The notes: generated by a model not told the origin, from the sequence alone. A stretch of DNA of 64,000 nucleotides from Candidatus Flemingiibacterium sp. (GCA_045634005.1 JAZQZL010000018.1:4329-68328), one strand, 5' to 3'; counted from the stretch's first letter, positions 28,934 to 40,452 are shown. Numbers and translations are program-made.

Positions 28934-30046
28934 TTATCTGTTTCTGTTGTTGCGGAGCATATCCATGATCTCTTTGAGCTGGTCGTCCTCAACGGTTTCT
29001 TCGGTGCACTCGGTTACAATATCATCTTCAACCTTCTCCGCAACAGCCGCCTTTGCCGCAGTTTTTTCTACAGTGGGCTGCATGCTCTTGGGAGCGCTGT
29101 CGAAGCCGGTTGCGATAACGGTTACGCGGATCTCGTCCTGAAGATCGGGGTCGATTGCAAGACCGAAGATAACGTTTGCATCGGGATGAGCCTCGTCGCG
29201 AACCATACTACCTGCAACGTCAACCTCTTCGAGGCCGATGTCTGCGGATGCGGTGATGCTGAGAATGATGCCGCGAGCGCCTGCGATAGAGGTCTCGAGA
29301 AGCGGGCTGGAGATAGCAGCCTTTGCAGCGAGAGCAGCCTTGTCCTTACCGGTAGCGCTGCCAACGCCCATATGAGCGTAGCCTGCGTCAAGCATAATAG
29401 AGGTAACGTCAGCAAAGTCGAGATTGATGAGAGCGTCCTGAGTGATAAGCTCTGCCACGCTCTGTACACCCTGACGGAGTACGTCGTCTGCAACTTCAAA
29501 TGCGTTAAGAAGAGTGATTCTGGTGTCGGAAACTTCCTTGAGTCTTTCGTTGGGAACTACGATAAGAGAGTCAACAACATCGATAAGGTTCTTGATGCCC
29601 TCTTCAGCCTGCTGCATACGAACCTTGCCCTCGAAAGCAAAAGGCTTGGTTACAACGCCAACAGTAAGGATACCCATATCCTTTGCAACCTTAGCAACGA
29701 TAGGAGCAGCACCTGTACCGGTACCACCACCCATACCTGCGGTAACGAATACCATCTGGGTGCCCTCAAGCACCTTCTTGATTTCCTCAAGCGATTCCTC
29801 GGCAGCTCTTGCACCAACCTCAGGATTAGCACCCGCGCCGCGACCCTTGGTAACCTTTTCACCGATATCGATCTTGGTAACAGCGTTAGATCTTGCAAGT
29901 GCCTGTCTGTCGGTATTTACAGCTACAAACTCAACTCCGCGAACGTTAGCCGCGATCATACGGTTGATAGCGTTGTTACCGCCGCCGCCGATACCGATTA
30001 CCTTTATATTTACATCTCCGAAGTTATTGTCAATTTCAAATGCCAT
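28934..30046 (-). CDS. ftsZ: Cell division protein FtsZ
   Basis: GGGGNNA, GMGGGTGTG and NLDFADV motifs. Confidence 0.98.
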   Translation of the reverse strand: MAFEIDNNFGDVNIKVIGIGGGGNNAINRMIAANVRGVEFVAVNTDRQALARSNAVTKIDIGEKVTKGRGAGANPEVGARAAEESLEEIKKVLEGTQMVFVTAGMGGGTGTGAAPIVAKVAKDMGILTVGVVTKPFAFEGKVRMQQAEEGIKNLIDVVDSLIVVPNERLKEVSDTRITLLNAFEVADDVLRQGVQSVAELITQDALINLDFADVTSIMLDAGYAHMGVGSATGKDKAALAAKAAISSPLLETSIAGARGIILSITASADIGLEEVDVAGSMVRDEAHPDANVIFGLAIDPDLQDEIRVTVIATGFDSAPKSMQPTVEKTAAKAAVAEKVEDDIVTECTEETVEDDQLKEIMDMLRNNRNR

Positions 30047-30200
30047 GACCAAAAGCCCTCCTAAAATTTTTTATATCCGATTATCGAAACCCTCGATAAA
30101 ATTTGTTCCTAATAACAATATAATAATATGATTTGCAAACTTTTTCAAGAGATTTTGAAAAAGTTTAATATTTTTTTACGATTGATGCATATTTTTCGCC

Positions 30201-31073
30201 CTAATCGTCAAATTCTATCACAAGATCCGGATTTTTGATAACCGGGCACTGTGACGGATCAGTTGCATCAATTGTTGCAGGCACACCATCCGCAAAGGCC
30301 GCGTGCGCAAGCATTCCTGCAACAGCCGTGAGCTTTGTAGCAAGCTCGTCACCGTTTCCAAGGTTAACCAGGTACTTATCGCTCACTATCAGTGCAAGAT
30401 TGAAGCGGTCGCGCAGGTCAAACGCCGCCGTTTTTGTATAAAGCGGGCTCGTTTCAAGCGCACCGAGATATGCCCTTACGTATTTTTCCGAAACACTTTT
30501 GGAGAACTCAATATTCTCTCCGATTATCGCCGAATCTATTTCAGGGAACACAAGCTCGATAATATCCTGTGCCTCGAGTGACTCCCTATCGTCGACTCTC
30601 TCAAGCAGCCGAAGCTCACGCGACAAGACGAAATGCTCACCGTAAAGTGTCGCAAAATACTGCGGCGCATCCTCGTTTACGGTAACAATGATCGTATCCG
30701 GTAATTTCCTTGTAATGCTAACAGCATTTATGTACGGAAGATGATCTATCGCACTGTTGAAATCAGACGCTGTAACCGTAAAAAGACTCATTCCCTTTTC
30801 AACGTCGGCGTACTGAAGCAGTTGATCAGTCGTATATCTCGACGAGCCGACAACCTCAATCTCGTTCACCCTGAAAAACATATTGAGGCAAATGAGAATA
30901 AAGACGAGCACGATAGCCGCAAATACAACGGAAAGCGCGACGCGCGTTGCACGCTTACGGCTCCGCCAACGCTTTGCAAATCGCTGAAACGTCTGCTTTT
31001 TTCTTATTTCATTCAGCTCTTTTTCATCACCGGAAAAAAATCTGCTGTTCCGGCGGTTTTTCGAATTGTTCAT
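30201..31073 (-). CDS. ftsQ: FtsQ/DivIB-type POTRA cell division protein
   Basis: Single TM segment then FRVNEIEVVG...LPYI...RKLPDTI.V.V.E; position in dcw cluster. Confidence 0.82.
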   Translation of the reverse strand: MNNSKNRRNSRFFSGDEKELNEIRKKQTFQRFAKRWRSRKRATRVALSVVFAAIVLVFILICLNMFFRVNEIEVVGSSRYTTDQLLQYADVEKGMSLFTVTASDFNSAIDHLPYINAVSITRKLPDTIIVTVNEDAPQYFATLYGEHFVLSRELRLLERVDDRESLEAQDIIELVFPEIDSAIIGENIEFSKSVSEKYVRAYLGALETSPLYTKTAAFDLRDRFNLALIVSDKYLVNLGNGDELATKLTAVAGMLAHAAFADGVPATIDATDPSQCPVIKNPDLVIEFDD

Positions 31074-31238
31074 CTTGTTCCCGCGAAAGCGCTGATCCTT
31101 TCCAAAATAAGTGATGCGAACAACGTTCAGCCTGCACGGCAAAACACTGCTCTTAAGTAATTATATCATAGCTATATGTGAAAAGTCAAGTAATTTGCGC
31201 CGATTTATATGCGCGTTTTGAGGTTTTTTCACACACTT

Positions 31239-32387
31239 TTACTGTTTTTTTGCTTTGTTTGTCTTGGCAAGCTCGCAAACGTCGAAATATATGCTCCGAT
31301 TGGCATCGGCAAGCGCAAACGCCTTTATATTCTCACACATTTCCGCCTGCTTTTTGCCGTCTGCAATAAGCCCGGAAAGGGTCTCTGTCAGCACGTTCCC
31401 GACAAGCTCCTTCTCCTCGAAAACAATCGCCGCGCCCTTATCGGCAAGGACCTTCGCGTTTTTGTATTGGTGATTATCTGCAACGTGCGGCGACGGAATA
31501 AGCACACAGCACTTTTCAAGTGCCGCAAGCTCGGAAAGCGTCATCGCACCCGCGCGGCTGACGACTACGTCTGCCGCCGCCATAAGCTCGGGCATATTGT
31601 AAATATACTCGCATATGCGAATATTTTCGCAGTCTGTGAGTCCGTATTCCTTCGCTTTTTCACTCGCTGCCTCGCGCTCGATAGCGCCCGTTGCGTGTAT
31701 ATGTAAAAGTTCCGGATGATGCTTTGTGTAATCACGCATAAAGGCAAGCATCTCGTCGTTAACCTTCTCTGCACCCATACTTCCACCGTATGACAGAAGC
31801 AGGCGCTTATATTTGTCGCCAACACCAAGCTCCTTCTTCACAGAGTCCGCATCTATTGAAGCAAACTCTGGCTTTATCGGATTTCCAACCTTTACGACCT
31901 TGTCGCTGTAAGCTTCGCCGAGCGCATTTGCAGTTGCATCAAAGTTCACGTAAATACGGTCGACGTACCGCGCGAGCATCTTAACTGCAACTCCGGGAAT
32001 AGCATTGGATTCGTGCACAGCCGTAGGGACTCCCATCCCTGCCGCCGCCTTGAGAAGCGGCCAGCACACGTATCCGCCCGTGCCGATAACAATATCGGGA
32101 GCGAATTCACGTATCAGCTTCTTCGCCTTTATTGGTGAAGTAAAGGCAAGCCAAGCCGATTTTATATTGTACGGTGTCAGCTTACGCTTGAAGCCCTGAA
32201 CCTCAACGTGATGAAGCTTATAGCCCGCCTTTGGAACAAGCTTGTTTTCAATACCGCGCGACGTACCGACGAACTCTATTTCAGCGTCCGCCTGATTTGC
32301 GCGTATAACGTCAGCTATAGCGATTGCGGGGTTTACGTGTCCGCCCGTGCCGCCGCCTGTCATCAATACTCTCACTTTTATTACCAT
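31239..32387 (-). CDS. murG: Lipid II GlcNAc transferase
   Basis: GGGTGGH, HESN, GNP, GGSMG, RAGA and HQYKNA motifs. Confidence 0.96.
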   Translation of the reverse strand: MVIKVRVLMTGGGTGGHVNPAIAIADVIRANQADAEIEFVGTSRGIENKLVPKAGYKLHHVEVQGFKRKLTPYNIKSAWLAFTSPIKAKKLIREFAPDIVIGTGGYVCWPLLKAAAGMGVPTAVHESNAIPGVAVKMLARYVDRIYVNFDATANALGEAYSDKVVKVGNPIKPEFASIDADSVKKELGVGDKYKRLLLSYGGSMGAEKVNDEMLAFMRDYTKHHPELLHIHATGAIEREAASEKAKEYGLTDCENIRICEYIYNMPELMAAADVVVSRAGAMTLSELAALEKCCVLIPSPHVADNHQYKNAKVLADKGAAIVFEEKELVGNVLTETLSGLIADGKKQAEMCENIKAFALADANRSIYFDVCELAKTNKAKKQ

Positions 32388-32420
32388 AGCTTTCTTTAGC
32401 GAAAGCTTCCTTCAACTGTA

Positions 32421-33956
32421 CTATTTTTTATGCTTTGAATATCTGGAAATCGAAAGAACGATACCCATTTCAGCAAGAAGAACGATAAGCGATGAGCCGC
32501 CGTATGAGAAGAACGGCAGCGATATTCCCGTATTAGGAACGCTGTTGGTTACAACGGCCATATTAAGAACGGACTGGATCGCTATCTTTCCGACGATACC
32601 CATAACGAGAAGCTGTGAATACACGTCGGGCGCATTCATCGCAACGACAAGTCCGCGCCACACGAGCAGAGCAAACAGAATTATCACCGCCACAGCGCCG
32701 ATAAATCCAAGCTCCTCGCAAACTATAACGAATATAAAGTCGTTCTGCGGCTGGGAAACGTACATATGCTTCTGATAGCTGTTTCCGAGTCCCTCACCGA
32801 AAAGTCCGCCTGAGCCTATCGCAAAAAGTCCCTGCAGGGTCTGGTATCCAGCATTTTGCGGATCAAGCCACGGATCGAGCCACACCTGAAAACGCTTTCT
32901 TGCGTGAGGAAGGATAGCAATAAGCAAGCCAACGATGCCAAGTCCTGCGCCCATGCCGGGTAACATCCAAAGGCTTGGCGCGCCACTTGAAAAGATGATA
33001 ATGATACCGATAAGCGCCATAATTATCGTACCGGACAGATGCTTTTCTATAAGTACGAGTACGCACACCATACCGGTAATAAAGAGAGGCGTAATAACAC
33101 CGTACCAACGGCGCACGTTGATCTTTGCAGGCTCTACTATGCGCTCGTAGTATCTGTCAAAATACCACGCAAGCATCATTGCAAGGCCGAGCTTCATAAA
33201 CTCCGACGGCTGAATTTCGATAAAGCCAAGGTTAATCCAGCGTCTTGCACCGTTATGTGACATAGTGAAGCCGGGAATCGGGATAGGCACGATGCAAAGC
33301 ATCAGAAAGCATCCGATAAATACGAACGGGGACACCTTACGCAAAAACTCCGGCGGTATCCTTGACGTAATAAACATAAACAAAAGACCGATAGCAACAA
33401 ACACAAACTGCCTTGTGATTATGTAATAGCTGTTATCGTACATCGTTTTTGAGTATGCATAGCTCGCAGAATATACCATTACCGTACCAAATGCGAGCAG
33501 TAAAAGCACAAGAACGAAGAAAACGTAGTCTATACTTCCCTTTTCGCGCACAAGGCTTAATCTGATGGCGTTGCGCTCCTCAATGGCATTCTTATCAACC
33601 TTATATGTCTTCTGTAACCACTTTTTCGCACGGGAAACCGTACTTTCAGCATTGGGCACGCCAATGCTTCTCGGATCTCTGAGCGCAGTTTTCTGCGTGC
33701 GCACCTGTCCTGTTTGCTGTTGGTTCTGTGCGGTGCGTATACCGGTTTGCGTAGAGCGAAGCTCTTGTGTATTACCCTGACTGTTTCTGATTGCACGCAT
33801 ACCGTTTTGAGTGTTCTGCGTGGGAGTATTTGTCTGCGTATGAGTTATATTGTGTCCCTTTGTACCGCCCGGTGCATTATTTGCACGCTGAGCGCTCTGG
33901 GCTGTTTTGTAACGGTATCCTTTTTTGTCGTCGTGCAAATTCTCCACCTCCTGCAC
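32421..33956 (-). CDS. ftsW: SEDS protein FtsW/SpoVE with long N-terminal extension
   Basis: GARRWI, QPSEFMK, GYQ, DFIF..EELG, GISLPFFSYGGSS motifs. Confidence 0.9.
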   Translation of the reverse strand: MQEVENLHDDKKGYRYKTAQSAQRANNAPGGTKGHNITHTQTNTPTQNTQNGMRAIRNSQGNTQELRSTQTGIRTAQNQQQTGQVRTQKTALRDPRSIGVPNAESTVSRAKKWLQKTYKVDKNAIEERNAIRLSLVREKGSIDYVFFVLVLLLLAFGTVMVYSASYAYSKTMYDNSYYIITRQFVFVAIGLLFMFITSRIPPEFLRKVSPFVFIGCFLMLCIVPIPIPGFTMSHNGARRWINLGFIEIQPSEFMKLGLAMMLAWYFDRYYERIVEPAKINVRRWYGVITPLFITGMVCVLVLIEKHLSGTIIMALIGIIIIFSSGAPSLWMLPGMGAGLGIVGLLIAILPHARKRFQVWLDPWLDPQNAGYQTLQGLFAIGSGGLFGEGLGNSYQKHMYVSQPQNDFIFVIVCEELGFIGAVAVIILFALLVWRGLVVAMNAPDVYSQLLVMGIVGKIAIQSVLNMAVVTNSVPNTGISLPFFSYGGSSLIVLLAEMGIVLSISRYSKHKK

Positions 33957-34946
33957 TTAAATTCCGAAGTATGCAAGCACACCCGCAATAACGGTGACAA
34001 GCGAAAATACGCCAACCACCTTAAGCTCCGACCAACCGCATTTTTCAAAATGATGATGGATCGGCGCCATCTTGAAAATTCTTTTTTTAGTAAGCTTATA
34101 AAATCCTACCTGAAGTATTACGGACACAGCCTCACAGATATACACGATACCTACGATAACAATAATAAGTGGATTATTTATCATAAACGCCATACCAACG
34201 GCAAGACCTCCGAGGAACAGCGAGCCTGTGTCGCCCATAAATACGCGCGCCGGATAGAAATTGTAGACCAAAAAGCCAAGACACGCACCCATTGTGATCG
34301 CCGAAACAACTGCTGTGGGAATGCTTGCGAGCGTAAACGCCGCAACTGCAAAAAACGCGCCGAGCGCAAGCGTAACGCCGCTTGCAAGACCGTCGATTCC
34401 GTCGGTCAGATTAACAGCATTGACGATACCTGTTATAAGCAGTATCGAGAAAATGTAGTAGAATATGCCAAGCTCGACCGAAATGCCGAAATACGGGATA
34501 TAAAGCTCGGTCGAAAGGTTGCCCGTAAGCTTAAGCACGGCAAGAAAAAGACCTGCGGCAATAAGCTGAAGCAAATATTTCTGCGTTGCAGTGAGCCCCT
34601 CGTTGCGGTGATTTTTGAATTTTGTAAGGTCGTCAACTACTCCTATTGCACCGTTAGCAAGCGCAAATGCTATGACGGTCATCGCAGGAAGAAGTCCGTC
34701 GGCGACGTCAGTCGCTATCATAAGAACCACCGACAGCGCAAACGTTATGACTGATGCGATAATAAAGCTGATGCCACCCATCGTGGGCGTGCCCTCTTTA
34801 CTCTTGTGCCAACGCGGACCTATATCGAGTATCTGCTGACCAAGCTTCATACTCTTTAACTTCGGTATGAGTATGCGCGCCGAAATAGCAGTTATAGCAA
34901 AGGTCAGTACAAGCGCGACAAGGAAATACAGTATCATATGCTTCAC
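33957..34946 (-). CDS. mraY: Phospho-MurNAc-pentapeptide transferase
   Basis: KEGTPTMGG, NAVNLTDGIDG, FMGDTGS and MAPIHHHFE motifs. Confidence 0.97.
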   Translation of the reverse strand: MKHMILYFLVALVLTFAITAISARILIPKLKSMKLGQQILDIGPRWHKSKEGTPTMGGISFIIASVITFALSVVLMIATDVADGLLPAMTVIAFALANGAIGVVDDLTKFKNHRNEGLTATQKYLLQLIAAGLFLAVLKLTGNLSTELYIPYFGISVELGIFYYIFSILLITGIVNAVNLTDGIDGLASGVTLALGAFFAVAAFTLASIPTAVVSAITMGACLGFLVYNFYPARVFMGDTGSLFLGGLAVGMAFMINNPLIIVIVGIVYICEAVSVILQVGFYKLTKKRIFKMAPIHHHFEKCGWSELKVVGVFSLVTVIAGVLAYFGI

Positions 34947-34953
34947 CTCGATG

Positions 34954-36387
34954 TCAGGAATTTATATTGTTATCTATAAGCGCTTTGAGCCCTTCGATAA
35001 CGCGCTCGAGCCTTACCGCACGGCTCGCCTTGAAAAGCACGGCATCACCCGGACGAAGCATACCGTATGCGGCTCTTGCCGTATCATCGGCATTTTCGGT
35101 GTTGGTGTTCACGCTGATATTTTCGGTGCTGAAGGCGTGATTTATCGCGCCGAGAGCAATATTCTCCGCCTCCTGTCCGAACGTCACAAGATGCGAGATA
35201 TGACGCGATGCAACGAGTGTTCCGATCTCCATATGAAGCTGCTTTGAATAATCGCCAAGCTCGCGCATATCGCCAAGCACCGCAACCGTTCGGCAGCCAT
35301 TTTTATCGCCAAGCTTTGAGAGCACCTCAACAGCCGCCTTCATCGACTCGGGACCCGCATTGTAGCAGTCCTCGATGATAGTAACTCCGCCGTATTCGTA
35401 TATGTTCTGACGCATTCCCGTGTTGTGGAACGCCATAAGTCCGCGTTTTATCTCCTCATCGCTCATACCGAGAAGCACGCCCACCGCAAAGGCATACGTT
35501 GCATCGTAGACGTTGTGAGTGCCGATAGTCGGTATCTTTATGTTTGTAACGACACGGTTGCCTGCAACAAGGTCGAACTCTGTGCTGTCCTCATACTCGC
35601 GTATGTTGAGTGCACGGTAATCCGCAAGCGGATTTTGAAGTGACACGAACAGCATATTCTGTGTAAGCTTACCCTTCTGCTCAAACAGCATCGGCTCGTC
35701 TGCGTTGAGTATCACCCAACCGTCCGTCGGTACGCCCTCGACTATTTCGAGCTTCGCCTTGCATATATTCTCGCGCGAGCCAAGACACTCGATGTGAGAG
35801 TTGCCGATGTTCGTGATTATAGCGATATCCGGCTTTGCAACAGCCGTCATATGCGAAATCTCACCAAGCCCACTCATTCCCATTTCAAGCACGCAAACCT
35901 GCGTCATCTCGGGCATATCGAGCACCGACAGCGGCATACCTATCTCGTTATTAAAATTGCCGGCCGTCTTATGGGAGATAAATTTACTGTTTGCCACAGA
36001 GAATACGAATTCCTTGGTTGTGGTCTTGCCGACGCTTCCCGTCACCGCAACGGTTTTGGGATTGATGCGCGCTTTATACGCCCGTGCAACCTTACCAAGA
36101 GCCTCAAGCGAGCTGGGCGTCACCATAACACGTCTTGCTTCATCCGCCTCAAGACCATCGGGAACACGTTCACCTATAACGGCTACAGCGCCTCTCTGAA
36201 GCGCCTGCCCTATATAATCGTGTCCGTCGAAGCGCTCGCCCACAAGAGCAATAAAAAGTGAGCCAGACTCCGCCTCACGCGAGTCGGTCACAATAGAAGT
36301 TATATCCTCACAAAGAGATGTTTCAAGCGACAGTATCGCCGCAAGCTGTTTTGTATCAAACACAGCCTTTTTATATCTAATGCTCAT
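34954..36387 (-). CDS. murF: UDP-MurNAc-tripeptide-D-Ala-D-Ala ligase
   Basis: TGSVGKTTTK, NNEIG, DCYNA, GDMRELG and KASR motifs. Confidence 0.96.
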   Translation of the reverse strand: MSIRYKKAVFDTKQLAAILSLETSLCEDITSIVTDSREAESGSLFIALVGERFDGHDYIGQALQRGAVAVIGERVPDGLEADEARRVMVTPSSLEALGKVARAYKARINPKTVAVTGSVGKTTTKEFVFSVANSKFISHKTAGNFNNEIGMPLSVLDMPEMTQVCVLEMGMSGLGEISHMTAVAKPDIAIITNIGNSHIECLGSRENICKAKLEIVEGVPTDGWVILNADEPMLFEQKGKLTQNMLFVSLQNPLADYRALNIREYEDSTEFDLVAGNRVVTNIKIPTIGTHNVYDATYAFAVGVLLGMSDEEIKRGLMAFHNTGMRQNIYEYGGVTIIEDCYNAGPESMKAAVEVLSKLGDKNGCRTVAVLGDMRELGDYSKQLHMEIGTLVASRHISHLVTFGQEAENIALGAINHAFSTENISVNTNTENADDTARAAYGMLRPGDAVLFKASRAVRLERVIEGLKALIDNNINS

Positions 36388-36414
36388 ATTTCCAAGTCCT
36401 TTCGCTATCGTCGT

Positions 36415-37923
36415 CTAATTTTCAAAGCCGCATACACTTTGCAGTATTATATCCTTTTCCGAAAACGGCCGTTTGCCGTCCGCATCAATTTCATAGTCCT
36501 CATGACCTTTGCCCGCGAGCAGGATTATATCGTCAGGCCGGTGATTTTCTATAACCCAGCGTATCGCACGCTCACGCCGTTCTATAACCTTACAGTCAGC
36601 GCCCTCTGCCGCTCCGCGCAGTATGTCGCAAATTATCGCGCGCGGATTCTCGCTACGACTGTTGTCACCCGTAATCACGGTGAGGCTTGCAAGCGTTGTC
36701 GCCACCCTACCCATTATCGGGCGCTTCGTTTTATCTCTGTCACCGCCGCACCCAAACACCGCAATAAGCCGCCCGTTTGGCTTCTTCATCGCAAGCAGTG
36801 AGCGAAGCACACGCTCCAGCGCATCCGGAGTATGCGCGTAATCAATAAACACGTCAAAATCACAGCCGTCCGGCAGTAAAACGCGCTCCATCCGTCCGGG
36901 TATTTGCAAGGCGTGTGCAAGCGCTGCCGAGATAACCTCTTTTTTTATACCGAAAAGCCTTGCAACGCTCGCCGCTGCAAGAGTGTTAGTTACCGTAAAT
37001 TGCCCTGATATCGGACACGAAACATCCTCGGAGCCATATCTGTCGCAAAATGTATACGACACACCGCGTGCAGATCCTGCGCGCGCATCGCACGCCATAA
37101 AATCTGCGCATCTGCCCTCGGCCGAATACGTAACCGACGGGGTAATTATCTCATCGCAAAGTCGCCTTGAATAGACACCGTCAGCATTTATGACAGCTGT
37201 ACCGCACAGTGAAAACAGTCTGCGCTTGGCAAGATAATAATCCTCCATCGAGCCGTGGTAATCGAGATGGTCCTGCGTAAGACCTGTGAACACGCCCACG
37301 ATAAACCTTAACGGATCAAGTCTGTAGTGTGACAGAGAATGTGAGGACGCTTCCATAAGCACGATCTCAATGCCCGCATCAGCCATACGCTCAAGCATCG
37401 GATAAAGGTGCTCGGGCGAAGGTGTCGTCATAAAATTCACGCTTGATAAATCACTGTCTGAAAGCACCGCCTCGTTTTCACCTATAAGGCACTTCACGGT
37501 TCCAATCACACCCGTGGTGTATCCTGCGCGCTTAAATATCTCGCGTAAAAAGTACGTTGTCGACGTTTTGCCGTTCGTACCCGTGACGGCAACAAGCAAA
37601 AGCCGCTCACCCGGACGTCCGCAGTACTCATTATACATATGAGCCGTCGCAAGACGCGTATTTTCAACCGCAACGTATTTGATCTCGGGGTGCTCCGCGA
37701 GCCACTCCGTAATTCTTTCGCACACGATCACAGAAGCACCGCGCTGAACGGCGGTACAGATAAAGTCGTGCCCGTCGAGCCTCTCGCCCGTAATACATAT
37801 GAATACGTCACCCTCGCTGCATTTCAGCGAGTTCACACAAAGCCCCGTGCATTCGGTTTCGAATGTATCAAGGTTTGTTTTTGTAACGGTTACTTTTTTT
37901 AAAAGAGCGTTTAATGTTGCCAT
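36415..37923 (-). CDS. murE: UDP-MurNAc-dipeptide diamino-acid ligase
   Basis: TGTNGKTS, MEASSH, DHLDYH, DYAHTPD, GCGGDRD and GKGHE motifs. Confidence 0.95.
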   Translation of the reverse strand: MATLNALLKKVTVTKTNLDTFETECTGLCVNSLKCSEGDVFICITGERLDGHDFICTAVQRGASVIVCERITEWLAEHPEIKYVAVENTRLATAHMYNEYCGRPGERLLLVAVTGTNGKTSTTYFLREIFKRAGYTTGVIGTVKCLIGENEAVLSDSDLSSVNFMTTPSPEHLYPMLERMADAGIEIVLMEASSHSLSHYRLDPLRFIVGVFTGLTQDHLDYHGSMEDYYLAKRRLFSLCGTAVINADGVYSRRLCDEIITPSVTYSAEGRCADFMACDARAGSARGVSYTFCDRYGSEDVSCPISGQFTVTNTLAAASVARLFGIKKEVISAALAHALQIPGRMERVLLPDGCDFDVFIDYAHTPDALERVLRSLLAMKKPNGRLIAVFGCGGDRDKTKRPIMGRVATTLASLTVITGDNSRSENPRAIICDILRGAAEGADCKVIERRERAIRWVIENHRPDDIILLAGKGHEDYEIDADGKRPFSEKDIILQSVCGFEN

Positions 37924-37988
37924 ATCGTATCCCCCTGCGCAATATTTTATACTAAAATATTTACGCTGTGGGGTACGCTATTATGACA

Positions 37989-40325
37989 TCAGTCCGTTCC
38001 GTCGAGGTAGCGGAATTCAACCGTTACTATAGTGCCGGGTGCTACCACCGTGCCTGCCGCAGGCGACTGGGATATAACCTGCGCGCCCGTGCCGACATTA
38101 TAGTTCGTCGCACCGACTATCTTTATGTTAAGCTTTGAGTTTACGATCGTCTTATTGCAAACTGATGCCATCTGCCCTACGACGTCGGGAACGGTAACCG
38201 TATCCGACGGTAAAGCATCTCCCGTATACAAATATATAACGCCGCTGTCAGTAGAAAGGCGCGTTCCACCCTCGGGAGTCTGTGCAACAACCGTGGTTCC
38301 GTTGCCTATTCTCTTGAAGGAAAGCTTTTTGTTGGTAATGTTGAGAAGCGCGTCCTCAACCTCCATGCCAACGTAGTTTGCAACACCGACGTCGATGCTT
38401 GCAAGCTCCTTTGCGGTATACTGCGGCTCATATCCGAGATACGGCATAGCAACCGAAAGGAAATTCGAAATATACGGTGCCGCAACGATGCTTCCGAACG
38501 AACCGCCCGAAAGATCAGGCTCGTCAACAATTATAATAACAGCGATCTGCGGATCGTCTGCAGGCGCATACGCAACAGTAGAGCCTATGCGGTAAGGGCG
38601 GTCAGAGGTGACCCACTCATCTTCAAAGCTTACCATATTGCCGGCCTCATCGTAATAAACGTATTTATCCTGCTTCTGTGAGGTTCCCGTTTTTGCGGCT
38701 ACGCTGTAGCCCTTGGTGTACGCGTTCTTTGCACCGCCGTCGGTAGCAACGCCCTCGGCAAGTATCTGCGTTATCGTATTGCAGGTCTCCTCGGAGAATA
38801 TCTGCACCTTCTGCTCGGTTTCATAGGAATAGATAACGTTTCCGTCATCGTCAACCATTTCCTTCATAACGTGCGGTGTTACAAGATAGCCGCCGTTCGC
38901 TACGGTACAAATAGCCGTAAGCTGCTGGAGAGGAGTTGCCTTAAAGGTCTGTCCGAACGAATATACCGCCATCTCAACTGCGTGCATATCGTTCTCTTTA
39001 TGATAGCTTCCGTAAGCCTCACCCGTAAGGTCTACACCCGTTTTAGTGGTGTATCCGAGTGCCTCGAAATACTTGTAAAACGTTTCTTTGCCTATCTTTT
39101 CGATAGTGTTCATCATAAGAGGGTTGCAGGACTGCTGAAGTCCGCGTGCAAACGTGACCTGACCGTGTCCCCACGTACGGTGGCAGGAGATGCGCTGACC
39201 GTAGCCCTCAACGTAGTAGCTGCCCGCGCAGTAGAACTGATCGTCCACGCTGACAACGCCCTCCTCGAGTGCGATCGCCGAGGTGATGATCTTGAACGTA
39301 GAGCCCGGCTCATACGGCTCGCTGACTATTTTATTGTTCCACATCTCGTAAATAAGATTGGTGCGAAGCGCGTTGTATTCGTCGGAGTCCTCCTCGTATC
39401 CGCTGCTCTGAAGCTTCTGAAGGTGCTCCTCGTCAAGCGCATAGGGATCGTTGCAGTCGTAGTTCGGGTATACAGCGCCCGCGAGTATACCGCCCGTATT
39501 TACGTCCATAACTATTCCGCAAACACGGTTGGTTGCCTGTGCTGACTCATATGCCGCCATAATCTGATTTTCAAGCTCGTGCTGAAGGCGCATATCAATG
39601 GTGCTTACTAAATTAGCACCGTTTTCTGCACCGACGTAGCTTTCGTATTTAAACGGCATATCCTGCTGAAGGGCGTTGCGCGCGGTAATATACTTACCCG
39701 ACGTGCCCTGAAGATAGTCGTTATAGGTTGCCTCAATTCCGTATACACCGTCGCCCTCGGAATTGGTAAATCCGATAAGGTGGCTGGCAAGACTTCCGTA
39801 CGGATAATAGCGCTTTGACGTCGCGCTGATGTTTATCATACCCGTGAATCCGTTCTCTTTGACAAACTCACGAATAATATTCGCCGTTTCCGGATCAACG
39901 TTCTTCTTTATAGTTTCGTCCTGACGGTTAGTCTTGGCATATTTGTCAAGTATCATCTGACGGTCAACCTCAAGCACCTCAACGAGCTTGTCGGCGATCA
40001 TCACCTTTGCCTGCTCCTTAGTCGGCGCATCATCGTCATTCTTTGCGGGCTCGTAGTTGTTTATAGCATAGGGAGATATAAATATGCGGTACGTCGTGGT
40101 ATTGGTTGCAAGCAGCTTCATATTGCAGTCAAATATCTTACCGCGCTCCGCATCCGTCGTATATTCCTTTGTAAGCTGATCTATAACGATCGCCTGATAC
40201 TTATCGTTATCGACTATCTGCAATAAAAACAGTCTGCCTATCAAAAACACCCAAGCAACTATAAGTATCAGCGCAAAGATAAGCGTGCGCTTAAACGTTG
40301 CTGCGCGCTGTGAACGAAACGGCAT
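37989..40325 (-). CDS. Class B penicillin-binding protein (FtsI/SpoVD-type) with PASTA domains
   Basis: RGKIFD, EPGSTFK, SCN and KTGT motifs; two PASTA repeats. Confidence 0.93.
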   Translation of the reverse strand: MPFRSQRAATFKRTLIFALILIVAWVFLIGRLFLLQIVDNDKYQAIVIDQLTKEYTTDAERGKIFDCNMKLLATNTTTYRIFISPYAINNYEPAKNDDDAPTKEQAKVMIADKLVEVLEVDRQMILDKYAKTNRQDETIKKNVDPETANIIREFVKENGFTGMINISATSKRYYPYGSLASHLIGFTNSEGDGVYGIEATYNDYLQGTSGKYITARNALQQDMPFKYESYVGAENGANLVSTIDMRLQHELENQIMAAYESAQATNRVCGIVMDVNTGGILAGAVYPNYDCNDPYALDEEHLQKLQSSGYEEDSDEYNALRTNLIYEMWNNKIVSEPYEPGSTFKIITSAIALEEGVVSVDDQFYCAGSYYVEGYGQRISCHRTWGHGQVTFARGLQQSCNPLMMNTIEKIGKETFYKYFEALGYTTKTGVDLTGEAYGSYHKENDMHAVEMAVYSFGQTFKATPLQQLTAICTVANGGYLVTPHVMKEMVDDDGNVIYSYETEQKVQIFSEETCNTITQILAEGVATDGGAKNAYTKGYSVAAKTGTSQKQDKYVYYDEAGNMVSFEDEWVTSDRPYRIGSTVAYAPADDPQIAVIIIVDEPDLSGGSFGSIVAAPYISNFLSVAMPYLGYEPQYTAKELASIDVGVANYVGMEVEDALLNITNKKLSFKRIGNGTTVVAQTPEGGTRLSTDSGVIYLYTGDALPSDTVTVPDVVGQMASVCNKTIVNSKLNIKIVGATNYNVGTGAQVISQSPAAGTVVAPGTIVTVEFRYLDGTD

Positions 40326-40452
40326 ATATACCTCCAAAATGCTATTATAACGGGAAATTTCGGAGAGTAAGCGACCACAAAAAGATGCCTACTCTCCGAA
40401 GCTTGTTCTCATACTATAGATACTGTTTGATACTCGGTTTGATGACTGTACC